From assembly GCA_963726265.1 (NCBI GenBank), contig CAVSBQ010000002.1, forward strand, positions 1,041,252 to 1,105,251: 64,000 bases of DNA, in the 5' to 3' direction. A program made the position numbers and the translations under genes. Within the stretch, counting starts at the first letter, position 1; each line of letters starts with the position of its first letter. This document shows, in pieces, positions 8,913-18,106 of the stretch. The notes below the pieces were generated by a model, which made no database searches, had not been told where the DNA came from, and saw only the letters and a program-made list of their open reading frames with translations. Origin of the DNA: Candidatus Aenigmatarchaeota archaeon (GTDB taxonomy: Archaea > Aenigmatarchaeota > Aenigmatarchaeia > QMZP01 > QMZT01).

Positions 8913-10814
8913 ATGAAGGGCGGGGCGTTTGTTTTAACATTATTATTATCAGCCATCTCGGCTGCTTTGCTGCTGAACGCCGGCCTCGCGGCTGCGATTC
9001 CCGATGTCATGATACTGCCGGACGAGAAAATCGTGTCGCTCAACTCGTCCGTACTCATCAAGGTAGATCCTAAGACCAGCGAAGCGCCCATGCGCATCAC
9101 GTGGTCCGTTTACAACACGGGCAACATAGGCATGGGCTCCTTCCCCATGGTCGATGGCAAGGGCTTGTGCTATTTTTCGAATTCGGACGGCAACGCGACA
9201 TGCGGGCCGTCTCCGTTCTTCCAGACGGGCGAGACCGAGCTTTACGTTTTCGTCGTTACTCCCTCCGGCGCATCGAACAGGACGCTCTACCTCAACGTTT
9301 CCCAGGTTTCGGTCCCGCTTGACGGCGTCAACAGGGTCGACAACACGGTCTACATGTACTTGTTCATGGGCAAGAAGGACTGGGTCAAATACAGCATATA
9401 CAAGGAGGACCTCAGCATATACCAGAGCGAGAGGCCCCTCGACTACGAAATGATCCAGGGTCGCTACGCTGGCAACATAACGCTCAACCCCGGCGTCTAT
9501 TATTTCGCCTTCATAGTCAACGACACCGGAACGTATGGAAGCGCACTCAAGAGGATAGAAATCCCGTCGGGCGATTACCTCACGCTGAAGACGGACAAGG
9601 CCGACTACTGGAAGGGCGAGAGGGTCAGGCTCAGCGGGACGGCCAGCGGGAACCTGGTTTCCGGCGAGGTGCGCTATCCCGACGGCACGAAGGCCCTGAG
9701 CTTCAGCGTCGACGCCGCGGCGAATCACACGTTCTCCTATGATTTTTATTCGAAAAGCGACTGGCCCGAGGGCGAATACGACATAGTGACCACGAAGCCG
9801 CTCGAAAAGACCATAAGCTTTTCCATAACCGAGTTCCTCGAGCTCCTGCCGGAGGCGGTATCGGCGAGCGTGAACAAGTCCAAGGACTTCTCGACGTCGA
9901 TACGCGTCAAGAACCTGAGGTCCAACGCGACCAACATCACTTTCACGACGTCAGGCGGCATGAAGGACCAGTATGTCACGATTTCCGATGCGTCTCTCGG
10001 ACCGCAGGAGACGACGAACATTGCAATAGAAATCCCGGACGTCGCGTCTGACCTGAATGGCCAGATAACGCTGAAGACGAGCGAGAGCCTGGAGCTGGTC
10101 ATACCGGTTTCGCTGACAGTATCCGTGGCAGGCCAGACTTGCGCGGCGGCGAAGGCGCTCGAAATCGCCGACAGCTCGCTTGTTTGGTCGCAGGAATGCA
10201 TCGCAGGCGCGGAGATGACGAAGACCGTGAAGCTATCCAACAACGGCGCGAGCCAGCTTTCCAGCTTCTCCTACGAGGTCGACGATGCGTATACAGGCAG
10301 CTTCGAGGACCTGGACAGGATGGGCTATCTTGACGTTCCGCTTAGCGGCATGTCAATCGCGCCTGGCGAGTCGAAGGAAATAGAGCTCAAGGCCTCGCCA
10401 CAGAGCGGGGGCAGATACCAGGGCACCATAAAGTTCAAGAGCGGAGGCGACAGCGCGCTCATGTTCGTATCTTTCAGCTGCTTTGAAGATTTCTCCTCCG
10501 GCCTCACGGCGCTCGCTTCCAAGGCCGCGGGGCTGAAGGTTTCCGCGGACGCGCTGGAAGACATAAACTCCGAAATCTCGAGCGCGCAGAACGCGGCCGC
10601 GCTGGGCAACTACGAGCAGGCGAACGAGTATTACCTGAGCGCGAAGGCGAAGGTCGAGATGGCCGAGTCAGGCGGAGCGCAGCAACCGCTTGACCTCACC
10701 ATTCCCATAATCATCATCGTCGTCGTGGTCGTCGCAGTAGTCTTCCTGTGGTTCTTCAAGTTCAGGAAGCCCGGCGTCGCCGGGGACGAGAAAGAACTCG
10801 AGAGCTTCGGGTGA
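8913..10814 (+). CDS. membrane-anchored surface protein with Ig-like domains
   Basis: signal peptide, beta-rich domains, several N-x-S/T sequons, helical stalk, C-terminal TM plus basic stop-transfer. Confidence 0.8.
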   Translation: MKGGAFVLTLLLSAISAALLLNAGLAAAIPDVMILPDEKIVSLNSSVLIKVDPKTSEAPMRITWSVYNTGNIGMGSFPMVDGKGLCYFSNSDGNATCGPSPFFQTGETELYVFVVTPSGASNRTLYLNVSQVSVPLDGVNRVDNTVYMYLFMGKKDWVKYSIYKEDLSIYQSERPLDYEMIQGRYAGNITLNPGVYYFAFIVNDTGTYGSALKRIEIPSGDYLTLKTDKADYWKGERVRLSGTASGNLVSGEVRYPDGTKALSFSVDAAANHTFSYDFYSKSDWPEGEYDIVTTKPLEKTISFSITEFLELLPEAVSASVNKSKDFSTSIRVKNLRSNATNITFTTSGGMKDQYVTISDASLGPQETTNIAIEIPDVASDLNGQITLKTSESLELVIPVSLTVSVAGQTCAAAKALEIADSSLVWSQECIAGAEMTKTVKLSNNGASQLSSFSYEVDDAYTGSFEDLDRMGYLDVPLSGMSIAPGESKEIELKASPQSGGRYQGTIKFKSGGDSALMFVSFSCFEDFSSGLTALASKAAGLKVSADALEDINSEISSAQNAAALGNYEQANEYYLSAKAKVEMAESGGAQQPLDLTIPIIIIVVVVVAVVFLWFFKFRKPGVAGDEKELESFG

Positions 10815-10870
10815 CTTCTTATTTTTTCAAGATTGAATTACTTTTGAATTAGCTGCCAAAGGCTATTTAC

Positions 10871-12412
10871 TTACTTCCCGAAGAAGCGCCTCAGCGCAGG
10901 ATGCATGTCCTCCATGTGCTGCATGGCTATCTGCTCGTAGAGCTGGTGGACGATCATGACGGCCAGGAGGATGCCCGTTCCGGTTCCGAGCGCGTCGGTG
11001 AAATCCGCGAAAGCCGCCAGGAAGCCGACCGACGCTCCGCCGAGGACTGCGAGCGCGGGTATGTAACGGTCCAGGACTTTTTCTATGATCCTGATGTCGC
11101 GCCTGAAACCAGGGATTTGCATGCCCGTGGATTCTATCTGGGCCGCGACCGTCTTGGAGTCCATGCCCGCGGTGCTGACCCAGAAAATCGAGAACATCAC
11201 CGAGCCGCCTATCATGAAGGCCGCGTAGGTGAAAAGCCTCGCGACTTCGATGGGCGTGATGGTGGCAAGCGAGGTGAGGCCCGTTGCGGAGATGCCTAAA
11301 TACCATACGAGCCCGCCTGCGACTCCCGCCGCCAGCACGTATTTCAGCCCGCCCTGCTTCTTGGTGAAGTAGACGAACAGCGCGCCGAGCAGGGCGAAGA
11401 GCCCGATGGAAATCATCATACCGGATATCGCGGTCGTCCTGGGGTGGCTGAGGAATAATATCAGGCCGCCCGTCGGGTTGCCGCTCCCGTCGAAAGTGCC
11501 GAGCCACGCGTTCCCTCCGCTTTGCGAAATCATCTTGGCGAACACCTGCACGTTGGCGAGCAGCGCCGCGATGAGGATGACGGGGATGTTGGACGAATAA
11601 AGGAACTTCAGCGGCCAGCGCCTGCCGAAGCCGCGCACGGTCGAGAAGGCGAGCGGTATTTCGACGCGAATCGCCTGGACATAAACAACCAGCAGGAAAA
11701 CTATTACCGTGGCTATTACGGGCAGCATGACCAGGAACGCCGCGAGCGGCTCGCCCGAGCCGAGCAGGATGCCGGCGTTCGGTATCGCCCCGGCCGGCGG
11801 GTTCTGTATGCCCGTCGAAATCATGCCGTCCGATGTGAGCGGGTTGAAGGCTCTCAGGATCATGGTCTTCGCTACGCCTGCGACTATGAAAAGGCTTATG
11901 CCCGAGCCGAAGCCCCATTTCGAAACAACCTCGTCCATGAACAGGACTATCCATCCGCCAAGCGCCAGCTGGAAGACGACGAAGGGCAGCATGCCCACAT
12001 CGGCTGCGATTGCGCCGAAAGCGACGTAAACATAACCTTCCAGCAGACAAAGCAGTATCGAAAGCAGCTTCTGCGTCCCCTGGAACAGCGTGCGGCCCTT
12101 GTCCTCGGACAGGTTCCATGGTATTATCTTCGAGCCGACGAGCAGCTGGAGGATAATCGAGGCCGTGACTATGGGCCCGATGCCTAAAGTGACGAGGGAG
12201 CCGAAGGTCGATCCCAGCAGGATTTCGAGGTATTTGAAATACTCGTAATTCGTCTGCGAGATGCCGTAGACGGTTACCTGCGTCATCACGTAATAGATGA
12301 GCAGCACGATGCCCGTCCACTTGAGCTTCTCCTTGAAGGTCTGCCTCTTTATCGGTTCGATAACGCCAGGCAGCCTCTTCAGCACTGCGATATACGCATC
12401 CTCAAGAGCCAT
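10871..12412 (-). CDS. secY: preprotein translocase SecY/Sec61alpha
   Basis: LGIGPIVTASIILQLL, GFGSGISLFI, YSSNIPVIL, GTGTGILL. Confidence 0.98.
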   Translation of the reverse strand: MALEDAYIAVLKRLPGVIEPIKRQTFKEKLKWTGIVLLIYYVMTQVTVYGISQTNYEYFKYLEILLGSTFGSLVTLGIGPIVTASIILQLLVGSKIIPWNLSEDKGRTLFQGTQKLLSILLCLLEGYVYVAFGAIAADVGMLPFVVFQLALGGWIVLFMDEVVSKWGFGSGISLFIVAGVAKTMILRAFNPLTSDGMISTGIQNPPAGAIPNAGILLGSGEPLAAFLVMLPVIATVIVFLLVVYVQAIRVEIPLAFSTVRGFGRRWPLKFLYSSNIPVILIAALLANVQVFAKMISQSGGNAWLGTFDGSGNPTGGLILFLSHPRTTAISGMMISIGLFALLGALFVYFTKKQGGLKYVLAAGVAGGLVWYLGISATGLTSLATITPIEVARLFTYAAFMIGGSVMFSIFWVSTAGMDSKTVAAQIESTGMQIPGFRRDIRIIEKVLDRYIPALAVLGGASVGFLAAFADFTDALGTGTGILLAVMIVHQLYEQIAMQHMEDMHPALRRFFGK

Positions 12413-12500
12413 GCAAAAACCTTTGTTGATTTTGTTAAATTGTTAAATATATTTATAAGGTTTGCTAAAATAGATTTTGTCGTTATTTATTGCGTGAGCT

Positions 12501-12905
12501 TCACTCAGAAACAGCTTTCCCGCCCGCTTCCTCTATCTTTTCCTTCGCGTGGCGCGAGAATGCCGTGGCCTTCACGGTCAGCTTCTTCGTGACCTTGCCC
12601 GTGCCGAGGACCTTGTCAAATCCCATTTCCGCCAGGTCGATTTCTGTCTTGTCACCGGCCAGCGCCTGCAGGTCGTCGAGGTTTATCGCGTTAACGACCT
12701 TCGTGCACTTCTGGCTCTTCGGGACGAAGCCGCGCTTGCCGAGGTGGGTGGGGTCGTATCTTATGAACCATGATTTCCTGTGCTTCTTCGAGCCCGCGTT
12801 GCCGTGGCCTCCGCGGTATCCTCTACCACGGCGTTTTCGCATGCCGCCGTGGCCGCAGGTCCTCGTCCCGCGCTTGCTGACAATCTTTTTTCTCCGGTGC
12901 GCCAT
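12501..12905 (-). CDS. rpl15: 50S ribosomal protein uL15
   Basis: RGTRTCGHG...RGGHGNAG, KVLGTG, AKEKIEEAGG. Confidence 0.97.
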   Translation of the reverse strand: MAHRRKKIVSKRGTRTCGHGGMRKRRGRGYRGGHGNAGSKKHRKSWFIRYDPTHLGKRGFVPKSQKCTKVVNAINLDDLQALAGDKTEIDLAEMGFDKVLGTGKVTKKLTVKATAFSRHAKEKIEEAGGKAVSE

Positions 12906-12923
12906 AAGCATCACTTGCGTCTG

Positions 12924-13349
12924 CTAAATCATCCTCTCGAGCAGCTCGTTTATCTTCTCGCCCCTGAAGCCGAGCGCGCCCTTTGGATAGGGATTCTTAA
13001 CGCCCTCATAGCCTTTCCTGGGCGGGCTGAGCCTGAAAACGGGCTTGAAACCATCAACCTTCGCTCCTTTCTTCTTCAGCGCGTCGAGGACGTCCTTCAC
13101 TTCCTTCTCGCTGGGCTTCCTGTCCCCCGCCATCCTGCCGCGCTCAGACACGAGCCTGGCCAGCGTGGCTTCGCTTATGTCGCCCCACGTGACGAAGTCC
13201 TTGACTTTCTTTATCATGCCTTCGGTCCTCGGGTCCTTCCTGATGAGGACGCAATGGTTGACCCTGGTAAGGTTCATCATGCGCAGCGTGTCCTTTATCT
13301 TCCCCCGTGTCTTCACGCTGCCCCTGACCCTTACCACGGCGAACATCAT
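12924..13349 (-). CDS. rpl30: 50S ribosomal protein uL30
   Basis: AVVRVRG, TLRMMNLTRVNHC, FRLSPPRKGY; position between S5 and L15. Confidence 0.97.
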   Translation of the reverse strand: MMFAVVRVRGSVKTRGKIKDTLRMMNLTRVNHCVLIRKDPRTEGMIKKVKDFVTWGDISEATLARLVSERGRMAGDRKPSEKEVKDVLDALKKKGAKVDGFKPVFRLSPPRKGYEGVKNPYPKGALGFRGEKINELLERMI

Positions 13350-14197
13350 ATGTCACCCTTCGTCCTGCTCAGGTTGCCCAGGGCGTCAAAAACGGCGAGC
13401 GCGAGGTTGATCCTCGTGGAAGTCATGCCGAAAGTGTTGGACCAGACGTCCTTTATGCCGGCGAGCTTGAGAATCTTCTTCGTCTCCTCGTCCGCTACCA
13501 CTCCGACGCCGACGGGAGTCGGGGTGAGCACGACCTTGACCGAGCCTGCCTTGCCCTTGGTCTTTATCGGGATGGAATGCGTTCCTCCGCAGTTGCATTC
13601 CCATGAGCCGCATCCCCTCCTCACGTTGATAACATTAAGCTTTGCCTGCTGTATCGCCTTCTCTATCGCGGTCCTGTGCTCGTTCGACGTCGCCTTGCCC
13701 ATGCCGACTATGCCGTCCTCGTTGCCCACGACGACGAGCGATGTAAGCTTGAATCTCCTGCCCGATTTGTGCATCCTGGCGGTCATGCGAGTCGGCGTTC
13801 TGCGTATTCCGCCTCCTTTGCCTGGCGTGCCGCCGATGTAGACCAGCTCCTCCTTCAGGTCCGGCACGAGGTAATCTATTATCTCGGGCTCGAGGATTAT
13901 CTTCCCCCTCGAAAGCAGCTCCTTGATGTCCTTGAACTTCCCCTCGACCACCTGCTTGCCCAGCTCGGTCCTGGGTATCCATGACGAAAGCCTCTCCTCG
14001 ACGACCCTGGCGACTTCCTTTATCTCCTTCTCCGGAGGGGCGACTACTGCCTCTATTATCTCTGCTATGGGCTCCTCCTCTCCTGCCTTCTTGGCAACGG
14101 GCTTTTCCTTCGGCTTCTCCACCGTCTCTTCCATTTCCTTTTCCTTCTCTATTTCCTCGCCCGTTTCCTCGTGCTTGAGCCTTTTCTTCTTTGTCAT
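13346..14197 (-). CDS. rps5: 30S ribosomal protein uS5 with charged N-terminal extension
   Basis: WIPRTELG, VVVGNEDGIVGMG, RRGCGSWEC, LAGIKDVW; start set at MTKKK. Confidence 0.97.
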   Translation of the reverse strand: MTKKKRLKHEETGEEIEKEKEMEETVEKPKEKPVAKKAGEEEPIAEIIEAVVAPPEKEIKEVARVVEERLSSWIPRTELGKQVVEGKFKDIKELLSRGKIILEPEIIDYLVPDLKEELVYIGGTPGKGGGIRRTPTRMTARMHKSGRRFKLTSLVVVGNEDGIVGMGKATSNEHRTAIEKAIQQAKLNVINVRRGCGSWECNCGGTHSIPIKTKGKAGSVKVVLTPTPVGVGVVADEETKKILKLAGIKDVWSNTFGMTSTRINLALAVFDALGNLSRTKGDI

Positions 14198-14291
14198 GCA
14201 TACCACTTCATTACACAAATCCGGTTGTTTCGGGATTGTGATGATTGCGATTAGATTGTGATTATATAGATACCAATATATTAAAGGATGC

Positions 14292-14948
14292 TTATTTATA
14301 TCTTCTCCTTTTTTTAATCCTTTCGAGCCTCGCCAGGATGTCTTTCGCCTTGTCAAAGCGGCTGGCATACGCGGCAGTGACGTCATTCCAGCATGCGTCT
14401 AGGACATCGAAATGCGCTGCTTTGAGCGCCTCGAAAAGCAGGAAAAGGTCGACCGCCTGATCTTCGACGGATGAAGAGAACTTACCGAGGCCGAAATCTA
14501 TAAGATAGAGCCGTTCGCCAGCATCTGAAAGAATCATGTTCGAGGTCGTCAGGTCGCCGTGGATCACTCCCGCTTGGTGCAGCGCGGCAATCAGCCCGCC
14601 CATTTCCATGCAAACCTTTTTGCGCTCCTTCCCGCCCATCGCATTCAGCGCATCCTTCAGCTTCCTTCCTCGTATGTATTCCATGACGAGCCTGAAATCG
14701 TCCTCGGTGCGCAGCTTCGGGACAGCGACTCCGCTCGCCCTCGCCCGCTCCATGAGCTTTGCCTCTGCGCGCGTGCGCTGCTTCCTTATCCTCATGTCCA
14801 GCTGCGGGATGCGATAGCCTTTCGATACGCGTTCTTTAACCAGTTCCTGGCCGCGCTCCGAGTCGCGCAGGTACAAAATCGCTTCTGCGCCTCGCTGGAT
14901 GATTTTTCCCTTTGGTCCATTCAGTTCATTCACATCTTCATGCCGCAT
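14292..14948 (-). CDS. bud32: KEOPS kinase Bud32
   Basis: RGAEA, KERVSKGYR, IHGDLTTSN, IDFGL, AVDL, KRRRY. Confidence 0.95.
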   Translation of the reverse strand: MRHEDVNELNGPKGKIIQRGAEAILYLRDSERGQELVKERVSKGYRIPQLDMRIRKQRTRAEAKLMERARASGVAVPKLRTEDDFRLVMEYIRGRKLKDALNAMGGKERKKVCMEMGGLIAALHQAGVIHGDLTTSNMILSDAGERLYLIDFGLGKFSSSVEDQAVDLFLLFEALKAAHFDVLDACWNDVTAAYASRFDKAKDILARLERIKKRRRYK

Positions 14949-14984
14949 GAGAATAAGATTATGTTGAGGGTTTATAATTTTTGT

Positions 14985-15344
14985 CTAAAGGCTAGAGGGA
15001 TATTTCCCTTCTATTGATTTGAGATTTTCCCGGACGTTCTCTCCAATCTCTCTTGATAATTCATCGTGATTGAGGTTTTCGAACTCGGTAGGTATGGCGA
15101 TTACGGGCGACTCGTATTGCAAGCCATTGCTTCCGTTGTCCGTTTTTTTAAGCACGTATTGCAGGGTTCTCTGCCCGTCCGGCCCTTCTGATACGACAAC
15201 GCAAATCTTGTTGAAAATTTTATCTGCCGGCAAAGTAGCCAGAAGAGGACAAATTCCATCTGATAGAAGCGAGATAAGAAAATCACTCTTAGGTCTAAAC
15301 TTGTAGTTTTTTTCGCCAAATCCTAATTCCGACATCCATGGCAT
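14985..15344 (-). CDS. hypothetical protein (AT-rich orphan)
   Basis: ORF fills the gap; no motif recognised. Confidence 0.6.
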   Translation of the reverse strand: MPWMSELGFGEKNYKFRPKSDFLISLLSDGICPLLATLPADKIFNKICVVVSEGPDGQRTLQYVLKKTDNGSNGLQYESPVIAIPTEFENLNHDELSREIGENVRENLKSIEGKYPSSL

Positions 15345-15445
15345 AATATCATCTTTTTACTATAGGATAGCAAGAAAAATAACGGTGTTATGCTTTAAAA
15401 GCCTTTCTTGGCGGTTCACTTGCCGCAAAACATCAGCTTTTGGCA

Positions 15446-15751
15446 TCAGGACTTGCCTGCATGCGGGACAAATTCAGTAAAGCCGCTCGCTTTCAGCGCC
15501 TCTGTTAATCTGTCATACAGGTGCGCCGGGATTTGCATAAAGCCGTAGGAGCCGCTGCCAAGGTCCTTTCCTGTTTCGGCATTTATTGTTCTGGGCCACA
15601 CCTCAAATTTCTCCCCTCTGGGATACCTGTCCACCAGTATCGCATTGTAACCCTTCATCCATGGCGCACTGAAATCCAGAGTCAGGTCGTCTGTCACATT
15701 CACCTGAAGCAAATCCGCCGGCCTGATGTATATTTTGAAACTGTTTGTCAT
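15446..15751 (-). CDS. hypothetical protein
   Basis: start set at MTNSF from TATA spacing; no motif recognised. Confidence 0.6.
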   Translation of the reverse strand: MTNSFKIYIRPADLLQVNVTDDLTLDFSAPWMKGYNAILVDRYPRGEKFEVWPRTINAETGKDLGSGSYGFMQIPAHLYDRLTEALKASGFTEFVPHAGKS

Positions 15752-15792
15752 GTGAAGGCTATGTCGCATAAAAATAAATTCCCGTACTTTCC

Positions 15793-16716
15793 CTATTCCC
15801 CCCACAGCTCGCAGGTCTTGCATATCTTCTGCGAGCTGGGCTCGCCGCACCTCTCGCAGCGGACGAGCTCGACGTTCGCCTGTTTAACAAGCTCCCTGAC
15901 CTGGGGCAGCAGGCGGTGGAAGGTGTTCAGAATCGAGAATTTCGTGCCCGGGCTTTCGCTTTCCAGCTCGTTGATGAAGTCGCGCACCTTGAACCGCGGG
16001 CCCTCGATGAACGGGCATTCGTTCTCCTGGATTTCCAGCCCGTTGAGCAGCGCGTAAAGGCCGATTTCGCGCTCAGGGATTTCCCTGAACGGCTTTATGC
16101 GCGGGACGAACAGGCGGCTCTTCAGAATCGGCTCGCCGCCCATGCGGGCGAGGCGCACCAGGTCGCCGCGTATGTAGTCCATGAGAATGCCCTGCACCTC
16201 GTCGTCGAGGTTCATGCCGAAGCAGATTTTCGTTGCGCCAAGATCCCTGGCCTTCATGTTCAGCAGCCAGCGACGTGCGAGGCCGCAGCAGGTGCAGGCC
16301 GTGCCTTCCCATCTGTCGGATTTTTTTGTCTCTTTCACCTTCTCGCTGAGCGGCTTGCCTAACTCGTCTTCGAAGGAAAAAACGTGATGCTTTACGCGAA
16401 GCTTCCTGCACAGGCGCTTCGCTATCTTAAGGCTCTCGTCGCGGTAGCCGGGTATGCCTTCGTCTATGGTTATCGCGAAGAACTTGAGGTCGCGCCTACG
16501 GCGGAAAAGTCTGTGCATCATGAAAAGCGCGGCAGACGAATCCTTGCCGCCGGACAGCGCGAAGGCGATGGTGTCGCCGCGCTCGACCATCCTGCCTTTG
16601 CGTATCGTCCGCATGGCCTTGTTTTCCACACTCTCCATGAAATGCCTTTTGCAGAAATACGTGCCCTCGTATTTCCTGCGATACACTGCCTTGTTCCCGC
16701 ATTTGGAGCATTTCAT
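15793..16716 (-). CDS. ttuA: tRNA 2-thiolation enzyme (TtuA/NcsA/Ncs6 family)
   Basis: N- and C-terminal Zn fingers, PP-loop SGGKDS, CTCCG, NLDD. Confidence 0.92.
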   Translation of the reverse strand: MKCSKCGNKAVYRRKYEGTYFCKRHFMESVENKAMRTIRKGRMVERGDTIAFALSGGKDSSAALFMMHRLFRRRRDLKFFAITIDEGIPGYRDESLKIAKRLCRKLRVKHHVFSFEDELGKPLSEKVKETKKSDRWEGTACTCCGLARRWLLNMKARDLGATKICFGMNLDDEVQGILMDYIRGDLVRLARMGGEPILKSRLFVPRIKPFREIPEREIGLYALLNGLEIQENECPFIEGPRFKVRDFINELESESPGTKFSILNTFHRLLPQVRELVKQANVELVRCERCGEPSSQKICKTCELWGE

Positions 16717-16917
16717 TCAGCCACCAGAAACAACTTTTATGAGCTCCAGCCTGTCGTTGTCGCCGAGCCTTTCGTCGTCCGTTATTATTTCCTTTCCCCT
16801 TTTCACGAGCACGGTCTCGGGATTTATCCCGAGTTTTTGCACGGCGTCTATCGCCCTCGCTTCCGCGGGCAGGCTGAGCCTGTGCTTACTGCCCTGGAGT
16901 TCAGCGGTGATTTTCAT
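16717..16917 (-). CDS. ubiquitin-like sulfur carrier (ThiS/MoaD/TtuB/SAMP)
   Basis: 66 aa ending VVSGG, directly upstream of ttuA. Confidence 0.92.
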   Translation of the reverse strand: MKITAELQGSKHRLSLPAEARAIDAVQKLGINPETVLVKRGKEIITDDERLGDNDRLELIKVVSGG

Positions 16918-16994
16918 AACTAATATAAAAGAGATTTATAATAAATACTGTAAACAGGACGAAGGTTTGCCACTACGAAGCCTTCGCTTGAAAT

Positions 16995-17140
16995 GCTGAG
17001 ATGGCCGAGTCCGGTTCAAGGCGCTCGCCTCGAGTGAGCTTTTTAGGAAAAAGCTCAAGCAAAAACGGCAACAGAAAGCTAACGCTTCCGGGATAGCGAG
17101 TGGGCATCCGCCCGCGCAGGTTCGAATCCTGCTCTCAGCG
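16995..17140 (+). tRNA. tRNA-Ser(CGA) with 60-nt intron at 37/38 (17035-17094)
   Basis: acceptor GCTGAG/CTCAGC; anticodon stem CTCGC/GCGAG; long variable arm; BHB helix CUCG/CGGG. Confidence 0.93.
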
Positions 17141-17149
17141 CTAACCATC

Positions 17150-17221
17150 GGGCTGGTGGTCTAGTGGCATGACGTCGCCTTCACACGGCGAAGATCGAGG
17201 GTTCAATTCCCTCCCGGCCCA
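17150..17221 (+). tRNA. tRNA-Val(CAC)
   Basis: cloverleaf; TCGCC-TTCACAC-GGCGA; GGTTCAATTCC T arm. Confidence 0.96.
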
Positions 17222-17258
17222 TGCTTATAAATCAGGCCAAAACATATTCACTATATCT

Positions 17259-17331
17259 GGGTCCATGGTCTAGTGGTTATGACGTCTGCTTGACGTGCAG
17301 AAGATCGCTGGTTCGACTCCGGCTGGACCCA
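17259..17331 (+). tRNA. tRNA-Val(GAC)
   Basis: cloverleaf; TCTGC-TTGACGT-GCAGA; GGTTCGACTCC T arm. Confidence 0.96.
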
Positions 17332-17379
17332 TGTTTTCTTGCACATCCCTTTTAATTTTTAACTGCTATTTATTCATTC

Positions 17380-17805
17380 ATGTTCGGTTACAAACCCCCA
17401 GGAAACATAGACAAGACACCCTATTATGTCAGCGACAGGTCCGATATTATTCCGAGAAGGCCGGGGGTGAGCCTGACTGACACGAACTATGCAGTTGCGA
17501 GATTCAATCAGCAGGCCGCTAAAGAAGGCCTCTACACCGTGGAGCTTGTGAGAAGTCTGCTTTTCCGCCACAGAATCGAACCTGAGGAAGGCGAACCAGA
17601 AAGGGATATAAGATCGGATGCAGTCAGGTTGGCGGGGAAAAAAACCGGCACACCAGTCATCAAAGGAGGCGGCAGGCTGCACATGATAGCATACACGCTG
17701 AAACAGGCAAAAGAAATATACGATTCTTTTATAGAAAAAGGCTTGGTAGCATCTCTGGATGAAAGCACTATTGCATCCGAACTCAGAAAGATAATAGACG
17801 AGTAG
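17380..17805 (+). CDS. hypothetical protein between tRNA genes
   Basis: 141-aa ORF with TATA box upstream. Confidence 0.65.
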   Translation: MFGYKPPGNIDKTPYYVSDRSDIIPRRPGVSLTDTNYAVARFNQQAAKEGLYTVELVRSLLFRHRIEPEEGEPERDIRSDAVRLAGKKTGTPVIKGGGRLHMIAYTLKQAKEIYDSFIEKGLVASLDESTIASELRKIIDE

Positions 17806-17840
17806 GTTTTTATAAACAAGGCCGGATTATGTATTATCAT

Positions 17841-18022
17841 GCCCCGGTAGTCTAGCCCGGTCAATTCCCGAACAGAATTGAGTTCGGGAAACAGCGAGGA
17901 TACCGGCCTTTCGGGTGCTTTTCGAAGTCTCGAAAGGTAAGAGTTTCGCTGCATGCCTCATGCACGAAGCAATGACTTCACGAAGAAAGCCGGTGACCCG
18001 GGTTCAAATCCCGGCCGGGGCA
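17841..18022 (+). tRNA. tRNA-Glu(TTC) with two introns (D-loop 17864-17896; 37/38 17914-17987)
   Basis: acceptor GCCCCGG/CCGGGGC; anticodon stem CCGGC/GCCGG; both introns flanked by BHB-like motifs. Confidence 0.9.
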
Positions 18023-18106
18023 TACTCAACCAAAGGCATGGGAATGCCCATGCCAGCCCACTCAGCCTACTTCTTATTTTTAAAACTTCGGCCTCAAAAT
18101 TAAAGC

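Noticed and set aside
15793..16917. Novel ubiquitin-like conjugation system
   Set aside because: A sulfur-carrier plus TtuA/NcsA pair is the known tRNA thiolation module; no E1/E2/JAB genes nearby.
18035..18054. GGCATGGG-AATG-CCCATGCC hairpin as an att site or ncRNA
   Set aside because: Single 8-bp hairpin after tRNA-Glu, no duplicated tRNA 3' end found; most likely a terminator or processing structure.
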